64,000 nt of DNA from Candidatus Delongbacteria bacterium (GTDB taxonomy: Bacteria; CAIWAD01), in NCBI GenBank assembly GCA_963663545.1, contig OY760505.1:320001-384000 (forward strand), in the 5' to 3' direction. Shown here in pieces: positions 51,018-60,758 of the stretch (position 1 is its first letter; every line of letters begins with the position of its first letter). The notes beneath the pieces are model-generated. The model did not search any database. It saw nothing but the letters and a program-made list of their open reading frames with translations, and had not been told where the DNA came from. The position numbers and the translations under genes were made by a program.

Positions 51018-52220
51018 TCAGGGGTTGACAGTTCGGGCGGCGCGAAAACCCACTCCGCTGCTCGCGTACAAGGGGTCGCTGTTGCGTCGATGCGCACACT
51101 GGACGTTTGTGTCATCGCCGGTCCAGCAGCCACCCCGAATCACTCGAGAGGGGCTACCAGCAATTCCGTATGGATTGGTTTGGTTTGAGCTGCTATAGCT
51201 GCCATACCCATCACCGCACCACTCCCGGATGTTCCCCGCGAGATCTGAAAAACCACGTCCCGTCAGCGGATAGTTGCCAACCGGGGAGGTCCAGCCTATG
51301 CAGTAGCTGCCGCCGTCGTGGTAATTCAGCAATGCGCAGGTGGGGGATTCATTTCCCCAGGGGTAGCTACGTTCATCGTCCCACTGCGCCGCATATTCCC
51401 ATTCAGCCTCCGTCGGCAAACGGTAGCCCTGCGCCAGATAGGGATCGTGGCTGGCGCTTTGATCCCAGTTGCCCTGATAGAACGCGGGCAAGCCCTCGCG
51501 CAGGCTACGCCAGTCGCAGTAACACGCGGCCCCGTACCAGCTGACTTCCTTCACCGGGTGATCGGCCGGGTCGTAGCCGCCGGGGTAGGCGAATCCAGGC
51601 CCCCAGCTACCACTGTTGTATGAGCGCGCCACCAGATAGAACTGCTGTGTACTCGTGTTGAATGCGATCTCGCAGTAGTTAGTGGCATCCAGATTGAGCA
51701 GCTCCACACCGTAGGCCTGTACGCTGCTGCTGTCAGCAGTCACCAGGTCCTGCCCTAGAGCCCACTGCAAGGCTTCCATGTACTGCTGGTTGGTCACCTC
51801 ATGTGCGTCCAGGTAGAAGTCGTAGGTCAGGTGTACCGTGTGCTCCGGCGTGGCCACACCAGCCTGTCCCATCGTGAAGCTACCGGCGGGTACGAACACC
51901 ATGTCGCCTAACTCGCCGATAGCTACAACATTGAAGCTGCCGAATCGAGACGGCTGAAACAGCGAGTCCCACCCCGTAGGCAGGGCGAATTGGCAGCTAG
52001 TTGTATCGGTCCAGGCCAGCAGCGAGTCGGGGCCCGTCCACTGGGTTCTCCCCCGAACCTGATAGGAGACCGCCCCTGCTACGGAAATCCAGTCCAGCCT
52101 GACGCAAGTAGTGTCGCCGTCACACGCGGCAGTGATGGAGACCTGCGGAGCGTCCAGCGCAAAAACAGCCACCAGCGGGATCAGCCACACAGCAGCCATG
52201 ACAAGCACATTCCTCATCAT
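51018..52220 (-). CDS. FGE-sulfatase protein 4, N-terminal FN3-like domain type II
   Basis: AGGAGAGA RBS, signal peptide, LDAPQVSI..LDW..V.GA.SY, FGE motifs. Confidence 0.88.
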   Translation of the reverse strand: MMRNVLVMAAVWLIPLVAVFALDAPQVSITAACDGDTTCVRLDWISVAGAVSYQVRGRTQWTGPDSLLAWTDTTSCQFALPTGWDSLFQPSRFGSFNVVAIGELGDMVFVPAGSFTMGQAGVATPEHTVHLTYDFYLDAHEVTNQQYMEALQWALGQDLVTADSSSVQAYGVELLNLDATNYCEIAFNTSTQQFYLVARSYNSGSWGPGFAYPGGYDPADHPVKEVSWYGAACYCDWRSLREGLPAFYQGNWDQSASHDPYLAQGYRLPTEAEWEYAAQWDDERSYPWGNESPTCALLNYHDGGSYCIGWTSPVGNYPLTGRGFSDLAGNIREWCGDGYGSYSSSNQTNPYGIAGSPSRVIRGGCWTGDDTNVQCAHRRNSDPLYASSGVGFRAARTVNP

Positions 52221-52899
52221 TCTCTCCTGTTTCTTTCGTCGTCGTGTTTTGATCTCTGCTCGGGTTTCTGCTCTGCGCCCTACCACTCGCCAGCGATCCA
52301 TCCGCCTACGGCCCTATGCGCAACGCGTGTGCGGCATGGCAGCAGATGTACTCAGCGGGTACGGCTGTTGGTCGGCAACTCAACGTGACTGGTAATCAAT
52401 GCCAGGTAGAACAGCATGGCCGTCCGCGAAAGTGTCCACGGGCGTGTCACCCCATGTACTCCCGCGACTCCCCGTCTTGCTGCAAAACGGGACGACTCTG
52501 TGATTTCGTTGCTATTTCTGGTCTTGCTGCAATACTGTTGCGCAATCGGCAGACCAGTTTGCCTCCGCTGCGTGCTTGAGCGTAATGACACTATTTTCAG
52601 TCAGATATCAGCTGCGGTCAGACCGGCTTTTCCTGTACATGCCGGATATTCACCAAATTGGGCGTCGGCATGAACACCTAGGAGCAGCGTTCTCCAGCAA
52701 TCACACTTTCAGTCTGGTTGCTCATGGGACAAGCAACCCGTCAGCTAGCAAGTCGAAGTGGGAACTCTATCGTACCAGGCAGCGAGGCTGTCCGCCGTGA
52801 CACACGCTCACTCGCGTCCTGTCTACCCTGGACATCTTCAATACGCGAGAGTTGGCGCAGCAAACTCCAACGGACCGGCGATTGTGTCACGCGGTAACA

Positions 52900-54039
52900 C
52901 TAATCGACGGTACGCACGCAGCGAAAACCGCAGTCGCTGTACGCGCTCGTAGGCGTTTCGTTGTCGCGGTACGCACAGCGGGCGTAGCTGGCATTGTCGT
53001 TCCAATCTCCCCCGCGCAGCGCACGAGCCGTGCCGCTCGCATTTCCGTATGGATTAGTCTGAGTCGAGCTGCTGTAGTCCCCATACCAATCGCCGCACCA
53101 CTCCCAGACATTGCCCGCCAGATCGTAAAACCCACGTCCCGTCGCCGGATAACTGCCCACCGGGGTGGTCCAACCCACACAGTTGTTGTAGTTCTGCCGT
53201 TCGCAGGAAGGGGATTCATTGCCCCAGGGGTAGCTACGCTCATCGTCCCATTGCGCGGCGTACTCCCACTCCGCTTCCGTCGGTAGACGATAGCCCTGTG
53301 CCATGTAGGGATCGTGGCTCGCGTCAATATTCCAGTTGCCCTGGTAGAAGGCGGGCAAGCCTTCCCTCAGGCTGCGCCAATCGCAGTAACACGCGGCTCC
53401 GTACCAAGTGACCTCGATCACCGGGTGTTGCTCGCTCCCCGCATCCACGCTGAACTGGGACCCGGAGTAGGAGATCTCGCAATCAATATCATCCAGGTCC
53501 AGCAGCTCCAGTCCGTAAGCCTGCACGCTGCTGCTGCTGGCAGTGACCAATCCCTGGTCGTACGCCCACTGCAGGGCCTCTACGTATTCCTGGTTGCTCA
53601 CCTCGTACTGTCCCAGGTAGAAGTCGTGGCTCAGGGTCACGGTGTGTTCCGGCTCGGCCACGCCCACCTGTCCCATGACGAACTCACCGGCAGGCACGAG
53701 CACCAGCGGCATCTCCTCCACCGTCGTCACCGCGCGCACGGAAAAGAGCCGCGCCACGTTGGGGCGTACGCGACCGACCTGCAGCATGGGCACGCGCAGA
53801 CTGTACTCGCAGTTGGTGGTCGTGGTCAGCAGCGAGTCCGTCTGCCAGGCGGCGTTGCGCGGGTCGCGGTGGTAGAGCTCGTAATACTCAGCGCCGCTGA
53901 CGCTGGGCCAGGAAAGCTGCACCTGCACGCAATCCAGATCCGGGTTGTACTGGGTGCTCAGGCTGAGCTGGGGCGTCTCCAGAGCGTGCGCGAGCCCGGC
54001 GGTCAGCAGCAGGGCAAACAAGGTGATACGTCGCAGCAT
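52900..54039 (-). CDS. FGE-sulfatase protein 5 (type II N-domain)
   Basis: LETPQLSL..LSWPSVSGA..Y, FGE motifs. Confidence 0.88.
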   Translation of the reverse strand: MLRRITLFALLLTAGLAHALETPQLSLSTQYNPDLDCVQVQLSWPSVSGAEYYELYHRDPRNAAWQTDSLLTTTTNCEYSLRVPMLQVGRVRPNVARLFSVRAVTTVEEMPLVLVPAGEFVMGQVGVAEPEHTVTLSHDFYLGQYEVSNQEYVEALQWAYDQGLVTASSSSVQAYGLELLDLDDIDCEISYSGSQFSVDAGSEQHPVIEVTWYGAACYCDWRSLREGLPAFYQGNWNIDASHDPYMAQGYRLPTEAEWEYAAQWDDERSYPWGNESPSCERQNYNNCVGWTTPVGSYPATGRGFYDLAGNVWEWCGDWYGDYSSSTQTNPYGNASGTARALRGGDWNDNASYARCAYRDNETPTSAYSDCGFRCVRTVD

Positions 54040-54056
54040 GATGGATCCTTTTGAGT

Positions 54057-55262
54057 TCAGGGGTTGGCGGTGCGACAGACGCGGAAGCCCATGCGGCTGA
54101 ACGCGACCGACGGGGCAGCGAAATGGCGACTTGCGCAGAGCAGGTACGACGCGTTGTTACCCCAGCTGCTGTCCCGGCTCACACGGAGGGAGCCGCTTGG
54201 GGGCCCCGTCGGATTGCTCACGCTATCGCTGCTGTAGCTGCCAAACCAATCGCCGCACCATTCGGAGACATTACCGCCCAGGTCGTAGAAACCAAGGCCC
54301 GTCGCTGGATAGCCGCCTACCGGAGTAGTCCACCCCACGCAGAAGCTACTGCCGAGAAAGCAGTTCACCACCTCACAACTGGGGGACTGATCGCCCCAAG
54401 GGTAAGTACGCTCGTCGTTGAACTGGGCCGCATACTCCCACTCAGCCTCTGTGGGCAGACGGTAGCCCTGAGCCAGATAGGGATCGTGGCTGGCGCTTTG
54501 ATTCCAGTTGCCCTGGTAGAAAGCTGGCAAGCCCTCCCTCATACTGCGCCAGTCGCAGTAGCAAGCGGCCCCGTACCAGCTGACGTCCTTCACCGGGTGA
54601 TGGGCAGGGTCGTAGCCCTCGGGGTAGGCAAAACCTGGGCCGAAGGTGCCAGTGTTGGTGGTGCGTGGTACTAGAGTGAACTGTTGAAGGCTTGAGTCGA
54701 AGGCAATCTCGCAGGACTCGACATCACCAATGGCGAGCAGCCCCGCGCCATCAGCCTCGACTCTCGTGTCGGTCACCGTTACCAGGCCCTGATCGTAGGC
54801 CCACTGCAGGGCCTCCATGTACTCCTGGTTGGTCACCTCGTAGCGTCCCAAGTAAAAGTCTTGCGTCAGGGTCGCCGTGTGTTCCGGCTCGGACACGCCC
54901 ACCTGCCCCATGAGGAAGCTGCCCGCAGGTACGAGCACCAGCGGGGACAGCACCGCCCGCACGGAAAAAAGCCGCGCCACGTTGGGGCGCACGCGGCCGA
55001 TCTGAATCATGGGCACGCGCAGGCTATACGCGCAGTTGGTGGTCGTGGTCAGCAGCGAGTCCGTCTGCCAGGCAGCGTTGCGCGGGTCGCGGTAGTAGAC
55101 TTCGTAAACCTCGGCGCCGCTGACGCTGGGCCAGGAAAGCTGCACCTGCACACAATCCAGTTCAGGGTTGTACTGGGTGCTCAGGCTGAGCTGGGGTGCT
55201 TCCAGCGCGTGCGCGAGCCCGGCGGCCAGCAGCAGGGCAAACATTGTGATGCGGTGCGTCAT
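54057..55262 (-). CDS. FGE-sulfatase protein 6 (type II N-domain)
   Basis: N-domain near-identical to protein 5; FGE motifs. Confidence 0.88.
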   Translation of the reverse strand: MTHRITMFALLLAAGLAHALEAPQLSLSTQYNPELDCVQVQLSWPSVSGAEVYEVYYRDPRNAAWQTDSLLTTTTNCAYSLRVPMIQIGRVRPNVARLFSVRAVLSPLVLVPAGSFLMGQVGVSEPEHTATLTQDFYLGRYEVTNQEYMEALQWAYDQGLVTVTDTRVEADGAGLLAIGDVESCEIAFDSSLQQFTLVPRTTNTGTFGPGFAYPEGYDPAHHPVKDVSWYGAACYCDWRSMREGLPAFYQGNWNQSASHDPYLAQGYRLPTEAEWEYAAQFNDERTYPWGDQSPSCEVVNCFLGSSFCVGWTTPVGGYPATGLGFYDLGGNVSEWCGDWFGSYSSDSVSNPTGPPSGSLRVSRDSSWGNNASYLLCASRHFAAPSVAFSRMGFRVCRTANP

Positions 55263-55395
55263 GGTGGATCCTTGGCCGTGGAACACCTCTGGACACGAGT
55301 GAGCGCGCCACGTAGCTACCACCGCGCGCTGGCAATCGGACGATGTCGTGCGTGCAGGTGCATTCGTGGATTCTGCTCCATTTTTCTTGTTGTGC

Positions 55396-55411
55396 TGCAA
55401 GCTTCGCACCA
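55396..55411 (-). promoter_or_regulatory. Sigma-54 promoter for FGE 6/5
   Basis: TGGTGCGAAGCTTGCA. Confidence 0.65.
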
Positions 55412-55578
55412 AAGCTGCAACGAGCGCGGCCTTGCTCGTATGTTCTATAATTTCAATTCATGTCACTTCAGCCTGGAACCTGTCTGCCCGCCGGATTCTC
55501 GACATAGATAACAGGAATAGAACAGTATGAATCCAACGCAGACATCGGCAGCCTGGGGCGCGAGACGCGGGGTCCCTT

Positions 55579-55775
55579 CCCCTCCCAATCGGTATCCGAC
55601 TCGCCCCGAGTCGGCGGGATCGCTATCGGTATCGGTATCGTTCCCCCTTCCCCCCCCAATCGGTATCATTCTTCCTTCTCCTGTTCCTTCGCGTAGATTC
55701 CAGCAACAAGCAGGTTTCCGAATCCGACTCCGAAATCGACCTGCCCCCGTGACGAGCTGGGTCGGCACCGATCGA
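55579..55775. repeat. Hexamer (tcggta) repeat element, third copy
   Basis: cccctcccaatcggtatc, ccgactcgccccgagtcgg, gctatcggtatcggtatcg, tccgaatccgactccgaaatcgac. Confidence 0.6.
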
Positions 55776-55845
55776 GATGAGGAAGTGGATGAGACCACGC
55801 ATCCCGTGATCTTGAGAGCGAGCCCTGTTCGCTTCGATCCTCCCG

Positions 55846-57090
55846 CTACGGGGCCACCGTCCGACAGATACGGAAGCCGAGGTCCTCGCTCGCGTTCCCT
55901 GGCAGGGCATTGTAGCGAAAAGCGCAACTCACCGTACCTGCATGGGAGTACGACGAATGGCATCCTCCGCGAGCCACCCGTGCACCCCCCTGACTTGGGC
56001 CTGCGGGGTTGATCGCGTAGTTCGCATTGGGATAGGCGGCAAACCAGTCATTGCACCACTCCCAGACGTTGCCTGCTAAATCATGCAAGCCCAGCGCCGC
56101 GTCGCCGGCGGGATAGCTGCCTACGGGCGCAGTCCAGCGCGCGCAGTTACCGTAGTTTGCCTGCAGGCAAGGTGTGGGTACTGTGTCACCCCATGGATAG
56201 AGTCGCCTATCGTTGTATTGCGCTGCGTATTCCCATTCGGCCTCCGTCGGCAGGCGGTACCCTTCGGCAGCGTATGGATTACCGGGGTCCGGTATTTGTG
56301 ACCATTGGCCATTGTAATAGGGAGTGAGTCCCTCCAACTGACTGCGCCAGTCGCAATAGCAGGCAGCACCGTACCAGGTCACGTGCATGACGGGGTGCGT
56401 GGCAGGATCGTACCCGTTCGGATAAGCCGCCCCCGGACCTCGGCCCTGCGCGCTGAAAGTACCCTCATGAAGGACAAACTGCGGGGAATCGTAGCGGATC
56501 TCGCAATTATCCACCCCTGTGTACCATACCAAAAGGATCTGCCCATACTGCACAACCCTCCCACCACTGGCATTTGGTATCACCAGCCCCTGCTCCAGCG
56601 CCCACTGCAAAGCCTCCAGGTATTCCTCGTTGGTCACTTCGCTACGCCCCAGATAGAAGTATTCCGTCAAGTACACGGCGTGCACGGGCTCGGCCACACC
56701 GGTACGCCCCATGACAAAATAGGCGGCCGGCGGCATCAGCACCATGCCCTCGGGAGCCGTGTGTTCTGCCAACACGCGCACCACGGCATTCGTGCAGTAC
56801 AGACTGCCCAGCCAGGCTTGTATGTTGATGGCAGCGGAGCCATTCCCCGCAGCCACCTCGCCCACATCGCCGCTGGTGTACTCTGCTGGTACGAGCGTGA
56901 AAGAGCTTCCGCCATCCAGCGAGAGCTCAAGGCTGACGTTGGCGTTCAAATCCGGCATCCAGTAGTGCACTTGTAGCCAGCCGGGTGCATTTGCATCCTG
57001 GGAGAAGCTCACGGACATCACGGTCTGCGCGGCGGCAATCCCCGCCAGCTGGAGCGTCCATAGCAGAGCGATCGCGGTAGTTCGGTTCAT
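55846..57090 (-). CDS. FGE-sulfatase protein 7 (divergent type I N-domain)
   Basis: QTVMSVSFSQD..PGWLQVHY..SLDGG, FGE motifs. Confidence 0.88.
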   Translation of the reverse strand: MNRTTAIALLWTLQLAGIAAAQTVMSVSFSQDANAPGWLQVHYWMPDLNANVSLELSLDGGSSFTLVPAEYTSGDVGEVAAGNGSAAINIQAWLGSLYCTNAVVRVLAEHTAPEGMVLMPPAAYFVMGRTGVAEPVHAVYLTEYFYLGRSEVTNEEYLEALQWALEQGLVIPNASGGRVVQYGQILLVWYTGVDNCEIRYDSPQFVLHEGTFSAQGRGPGAAYPNGYDPATHPVMHVTWYGAACYCDWRSQLEGLTPYYNGQWSQIPDPGNPYAAEGYRLPTEAEWEYAAQYNDRRLYPWGDTVPTPCLQANYGNCARWTAPVGSYPAGDAALGLHDLAGNVWEWCNDWFAAYPNANYAINPAGPSQGGARVARGGCHSSYSHAGTVSCAFRYNALPGNASEDLGFRICRTVAP

Positions 57091-57099
57091 GCTTCCCCC

Positions 57100-57774
57100 C
57101 TACTTCAGCAAGGTGATTTTGTGCTGGGCGACGCAATCACCCGCTTGCAGACGCACAATGTAGATGCCGCTGGCCAGCGCGCTTCCGTCAAAGAGCGCCT
57201 GGTGCTCGCCGCTGTCCTGCAGGCCGTGAACCAAATCCGCTACCCGCTGACCGCGCAGGTTGTAGACGCAGAGAGAAGCCTCCTCAGTCTGCGCCAGCGA
57301 ATAGTAGATCACCGTGCCGGGATTGAAAGGGTTTGGATGTGCGCCTGAAAGGGCAAAGCTGGCCGGTTGGTAGTCCGCAGAGGCAACGTCCTCTCCGATG
57401 ACTTCGAACTCCGTCGACCAGAGCTCGCCTGCATTGCCGCAGGCGTCCTGTACGTGGAAGTGAAACTGGTAGATACCCAGCTCCAGCTCACAGGGCCAGT
57501 TGAAGTTGGCGCCGTAGCCCATGGTTGTGTGCACGGGAACGCTGAGGCCAGCGCCCTCGGCAGTAATCGTGACCAGCGGCGCCTGAGCGCTCTGATCTGA
57601 CACGCTGTACTCGACGTACACCTGTGTGCCAACCACGATCTGCGCGTCCAGCACGCTGACCATCGTAATCTGTGGCGCGACGGTGTCAATGACGCCGGGC
57701 GCGCTGTCGGCGTAACTGGCAAACAGTGCCGGACAAGCAAACAGGGCCGTCAGCACGAAAGTGCGGCAGTGCAT
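57100..57774 (-). CDS. Adaptor 4 (Ig + T9SS-type CTD)
   Basis: SYADSAPGVIDTVAP; highly similar to adaptors 1-3. Confidence 0.85.
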   Translation of the reverse strand: MHCRTFVLTALFACPALFASYADSAPGVIDTVAPQITMVSVLDAQIVVGTQVYVEYSVSDQSAQAPLVTITAEGAGLSVPVHTTMGYGANFNWPCELELGIYQFHFHVQDACGNAGELWSTEFEVIGEDVASADYQPASFALSGAHPNPFNPGTVIYYSLAQTEEASLCVYNLRGQRVADLVHGLQDSGEHQALFDGSALASGIYIVRLQAGDCVAQHKITLLK

Positions 57775-57871
57775 ACTCTCTCCTCAAATGCGGATGTCCT
57801 CCTGCGAGGCCTGCTGCGGGAAGATCAATTGCTTGCTGATGATGGAATCGGATTCTGCCGCGCACAGCACA

Positions 57872-57887
57872 TGCAAGCTTCGTACCA
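57872..57887 (-). promoter_or_regulatory. Sigma-54 promoter, module 4
   Basis: TGGTACGAAGCTTGCA. Confidence 0.75.
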
Positions 57888-58030
57888 AAACAGCCCAGGA
57901 GATAAGACAACCCTTAATCTCTATCTAAACAAGCAGTTCCAATGAATAGTACCGGGTGTTCACTCCGAGCCAGCAAGCACATATGTCGGATTTATAACAA
58001 GATTCTCGGCAGACTGAACAAGGCTGCAGG

Positions 58031-59252
58031 CTACTCGGCCGCTTTAGCACACGGAAGCCCAGATAGTCCTTTGCGTAGGGTGGAGAATAGCTGACCCGAT
58101 AGGCGCATTTCACGTAGGACGCAGTGGCCTTCCCAGGTACCACCCCGGAAGAAGCGGGCAGAGCCGGTGCTTGCACCGAGGGGGTCGGACGCGGCACTCG
58201 AGGGATAAACCCCATAACAGTCGCCACACCACTCAGCGATGTTACCCGCTATATCATGCAAGCCCAAGGTGCTGCCCCCACAGGATAGCTGCCCACGGGT
58301 GCTGTCCAGCCCACACACCTGGCCATGTCTGCATGGACGCACTCCACGGGTAAGTCATTGCCCCATGGATAGGTACGTTCGTTCTCTTACCGCACCGCGT
58401 ACTCCCACTCCGCTTCTGTTGGCAGTCGGTAGCCATCGGCCAGGTAGGGGTTGTGGCTGGTTGTCTGATCCCAGACTCCATAATAGAAGGGCGACAAGCC
58501 TTCTCTTTGGCTGCGCCAATCGCAGTAGCAGGCGGAACCGTACCAAGTGACATACTTCGCAGGATGTGATGCGGGATCATAACCTTCTGGATAGGCTGCC
58601 CCTGGGCCGGAGATCCCATTGACGTAGGTTCCTGCTTGTAGGAAAAACAGCTGCGAGCTGCTATTGAATTGAATCTCGCACCGATCAGCAGCAGTTCATC
58701 GATGCCCAGCAGGTCCTGTCCGTACTGGCACACGTACTCCCCATCTTCAGAAATCGTCAACAATCCCTGAACCCAGGCCCATTGCACAGCTGCCAGGTAC
58801 TCCTGATTGCTCACCTCATACTGGCCAATCAGGAAGTCATGGGTCAGGGTCACTTAGTGTTCCGGCGGAGCCACGCCATTCTGCCCCATCATGCAGCCGC
58901 CAGCAGGGATGAGAACCATGGCTGCTTCATCGATCGCCGCTCGCACGTGGAAGGTGCGCGCCAGGTTCGAGCGCACACGGCCAGGCTGGCGCCAGCGCAG
59001 GTGCAATTCAAAGCCACAGTCCGTGATTGTAGCCAGCAGGAAATCCTCCACCCAGGTAGAACTACGCGGATTGCGGTAGTAGACTTGATACTGCGTGGCA
59101 CCAGTGACGCAGGGCCACTGAAGCTGGACAAGCGCGCTATCCGTCCCCTCGATGCACTGCGCAGCAACACTTATCTGCGGAGCTTCCAGAGCACAGGCGA
59201 CTCCTGCTGTCAGCAGCAGGAGCACCCCAACCAGTTGCTTCAAGCGTGTCAT
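58031..59252 (-). pseudogene. FGE-sulfatase paralog 8, inactivated
   Basis: In-frame TAA at 58854-58856 (PEH*VTLTH); remaining FGE motifs split over several frames. Confidence 0.85.
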
Positions 59253-59418
59253 TTCCAGCTCTTCGTTTGTTGCCCCCTCGTGTTGCCAGCAGTCCGGTCA
59301 AAGGGTTCCAAAGACCTATCGATCACTGACTTCTTGACGCCAGGTGCTGTTCTCCCAGCAGTGGCCAATCGCGGCTCACGCTATTCCCAAGGCAGAAGTT
59401 CAGGGTGCGCGCACTCGA

Positions 59419-60651
59419 TCATGGCGTGGCCAGCCGGCAGATACGAAAGCCATGGCGGGGGTGCCAACTTGACGGGCCTTGAGCTTCGCGATAGGCACAG
59501 CGCAAGTAGAAGGTGCTGCAGAGCCAGTCCCCGCCTCGCACCAAGCGATTGAGGCCAGCATCCGAACCGCAAGGATCCACTTGGGCGTCGCTGCTATAGA
59601 CAGCAAACCGGTCGTTGCACCACTCCCCCACATTGCCCGCCATGTCCAGCAAACCCAAAGCGTTCGCACCTGTCGGGTAGCTGCCCACGGGTGTCGTCCA
59701 CCCCACACAATAGCCATTTAGACGAAAGTTCGCCCCACTAAGATCCGGTGTATCCTCGCCCCAAGGGTAAGTACGTTCGTCACTGTATTGCGCCGCATAT
59801 TCCCATTCTGCTTCCGTCGGCAGGCGATAACCTAGGGCCAAGTATGGATTGTGACCGGCAGACTGATCCCAGACTCCACTGTAGAAAGGTGTTAATCCCA
59901 CCATTTGGCTGCGCCAGTCGCAGTAGCAGGCGGCGCCGTACCAGGTGACTGACTTCACAGGATGCGGTGCCGGATCGTAGCCTCCAGGATAGGCTGCCCC
60001 CGGCCCATAGATATCATCTGCGTAGGTCCCTGCATAAAGGAAAAACAACTGTGTGTCGACGTCGAATCGAATTTCGCACCAGTCAGAAATGTCATCGTTG
60101 ATGTTCAGGAGGTTCTGGCCGTACTGACATACAAAGTTCCCATACGCGGAGATCGTCAACAACCCCCGATCCCAGGCCCACTGTAAAGCTTCCAAGTACT
60201 CCTGGTTGGTCACCTCGTACTGGCCCAAGTAGAAGTTGTGGGTCAAGGTTACCTGGTGCTCGGGTGTGGATACGCCGTTCTGGCCCATGACGAACTGCCC
60301 GGCGGGAACAAGAACCATGGCTGCTTCATCGATCGCCGCTCGCACGTTGAAGGTGCGCGCCAAGCTCGGGCGCACACGGCCAAGCTGGCGCCAGCGCAGG
60401 CGCAATTCATAGTCACAGTCCGTGGTCGTAGCCAGCAGAGAATCCTCCACCCAAGTAGAACTACGCGGATTGCGGTAGTAAACTTGATACTGCGTGGCAC
60501 CGCTGACGCAGGGCCACTGAAGCTGGACAAGCACGCTGTCCGTCCCCTCGATGCACTGCGCAGTAACACTTACCTGCGGAGCTTCCAGAGCACAGGCAAC
60601 TCCTGCAGTCAGCAGCAGGATCACCCCGACCAGTTGCTTCAAGCATGTCAT
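59419..60651 (-). CDS. FGE-sulfatase protein 9 (type II N-domain)
   Basis: MTCLKQLVG signal peptide, LEAPQVSV..LQWPCVSGATQY, FGE motifs. Confidence 0.88.
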   Translation of the reverse strand: MTCLKQLVGVILLLTAGVACALEAPQVSVTAQCIEGTDSVLVQLQWPCVSGATQYQVYYRNPRSSTWVEDSLLATTTDCDYELRLRWRQLGRVRPSLARTFNVRAAIDEAAMVLVPAGQFVMGQNGVSTPEHQVTLTHNFYLGQYEVTNQEYLEALQWAWDRGLLTISAYGNFVCQYGQNLLNINDDISDWCEIRFDVDTQLFFLYAGTYADDIYGPGAAYPGGYDPAPHPVKSVTWYGAACYCDWRSQMVGLTPFYSGVWDQSAGHNPYLALGYRLPTEAEWEYAAQYSDERTYPWGEDTPDLSGANFRLNGYCVGWTTPVGSYPTGANALGLLDMAGNVGEWCNDRFAVYSSDAQVDPCGSDAGLNRLVRGGDWLCSTFYLRCAYREAQGPSSWHPRHGFRICRLATP

Positions 60652-60742
60652 ATCCAGTCCTTTGTTTGTTGACCTCTCGTGTTGCCGGGCGCTTGGAGCC
60701 ACAGAAAGTGAACACGCCCTCTCCTGCAATGAAAAATGATTC

Positions 60743-60758
60743 AGCAGTTTTTATGCCA
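60743..60758 (-). promoter_or_regulatory. Sigma-54 promoter for FGE 9/8
   Basis: TGGCATAAAAACTGCT. Confidence 0.6.

Noticed and set aside
43914-60651. Calling the paralogs active formylglycine-generating enzymes
   Set aside because: They lack the catalytic C-x4-C pair after RGGS, that loop is the most variable part, and no sulfatases are nearby
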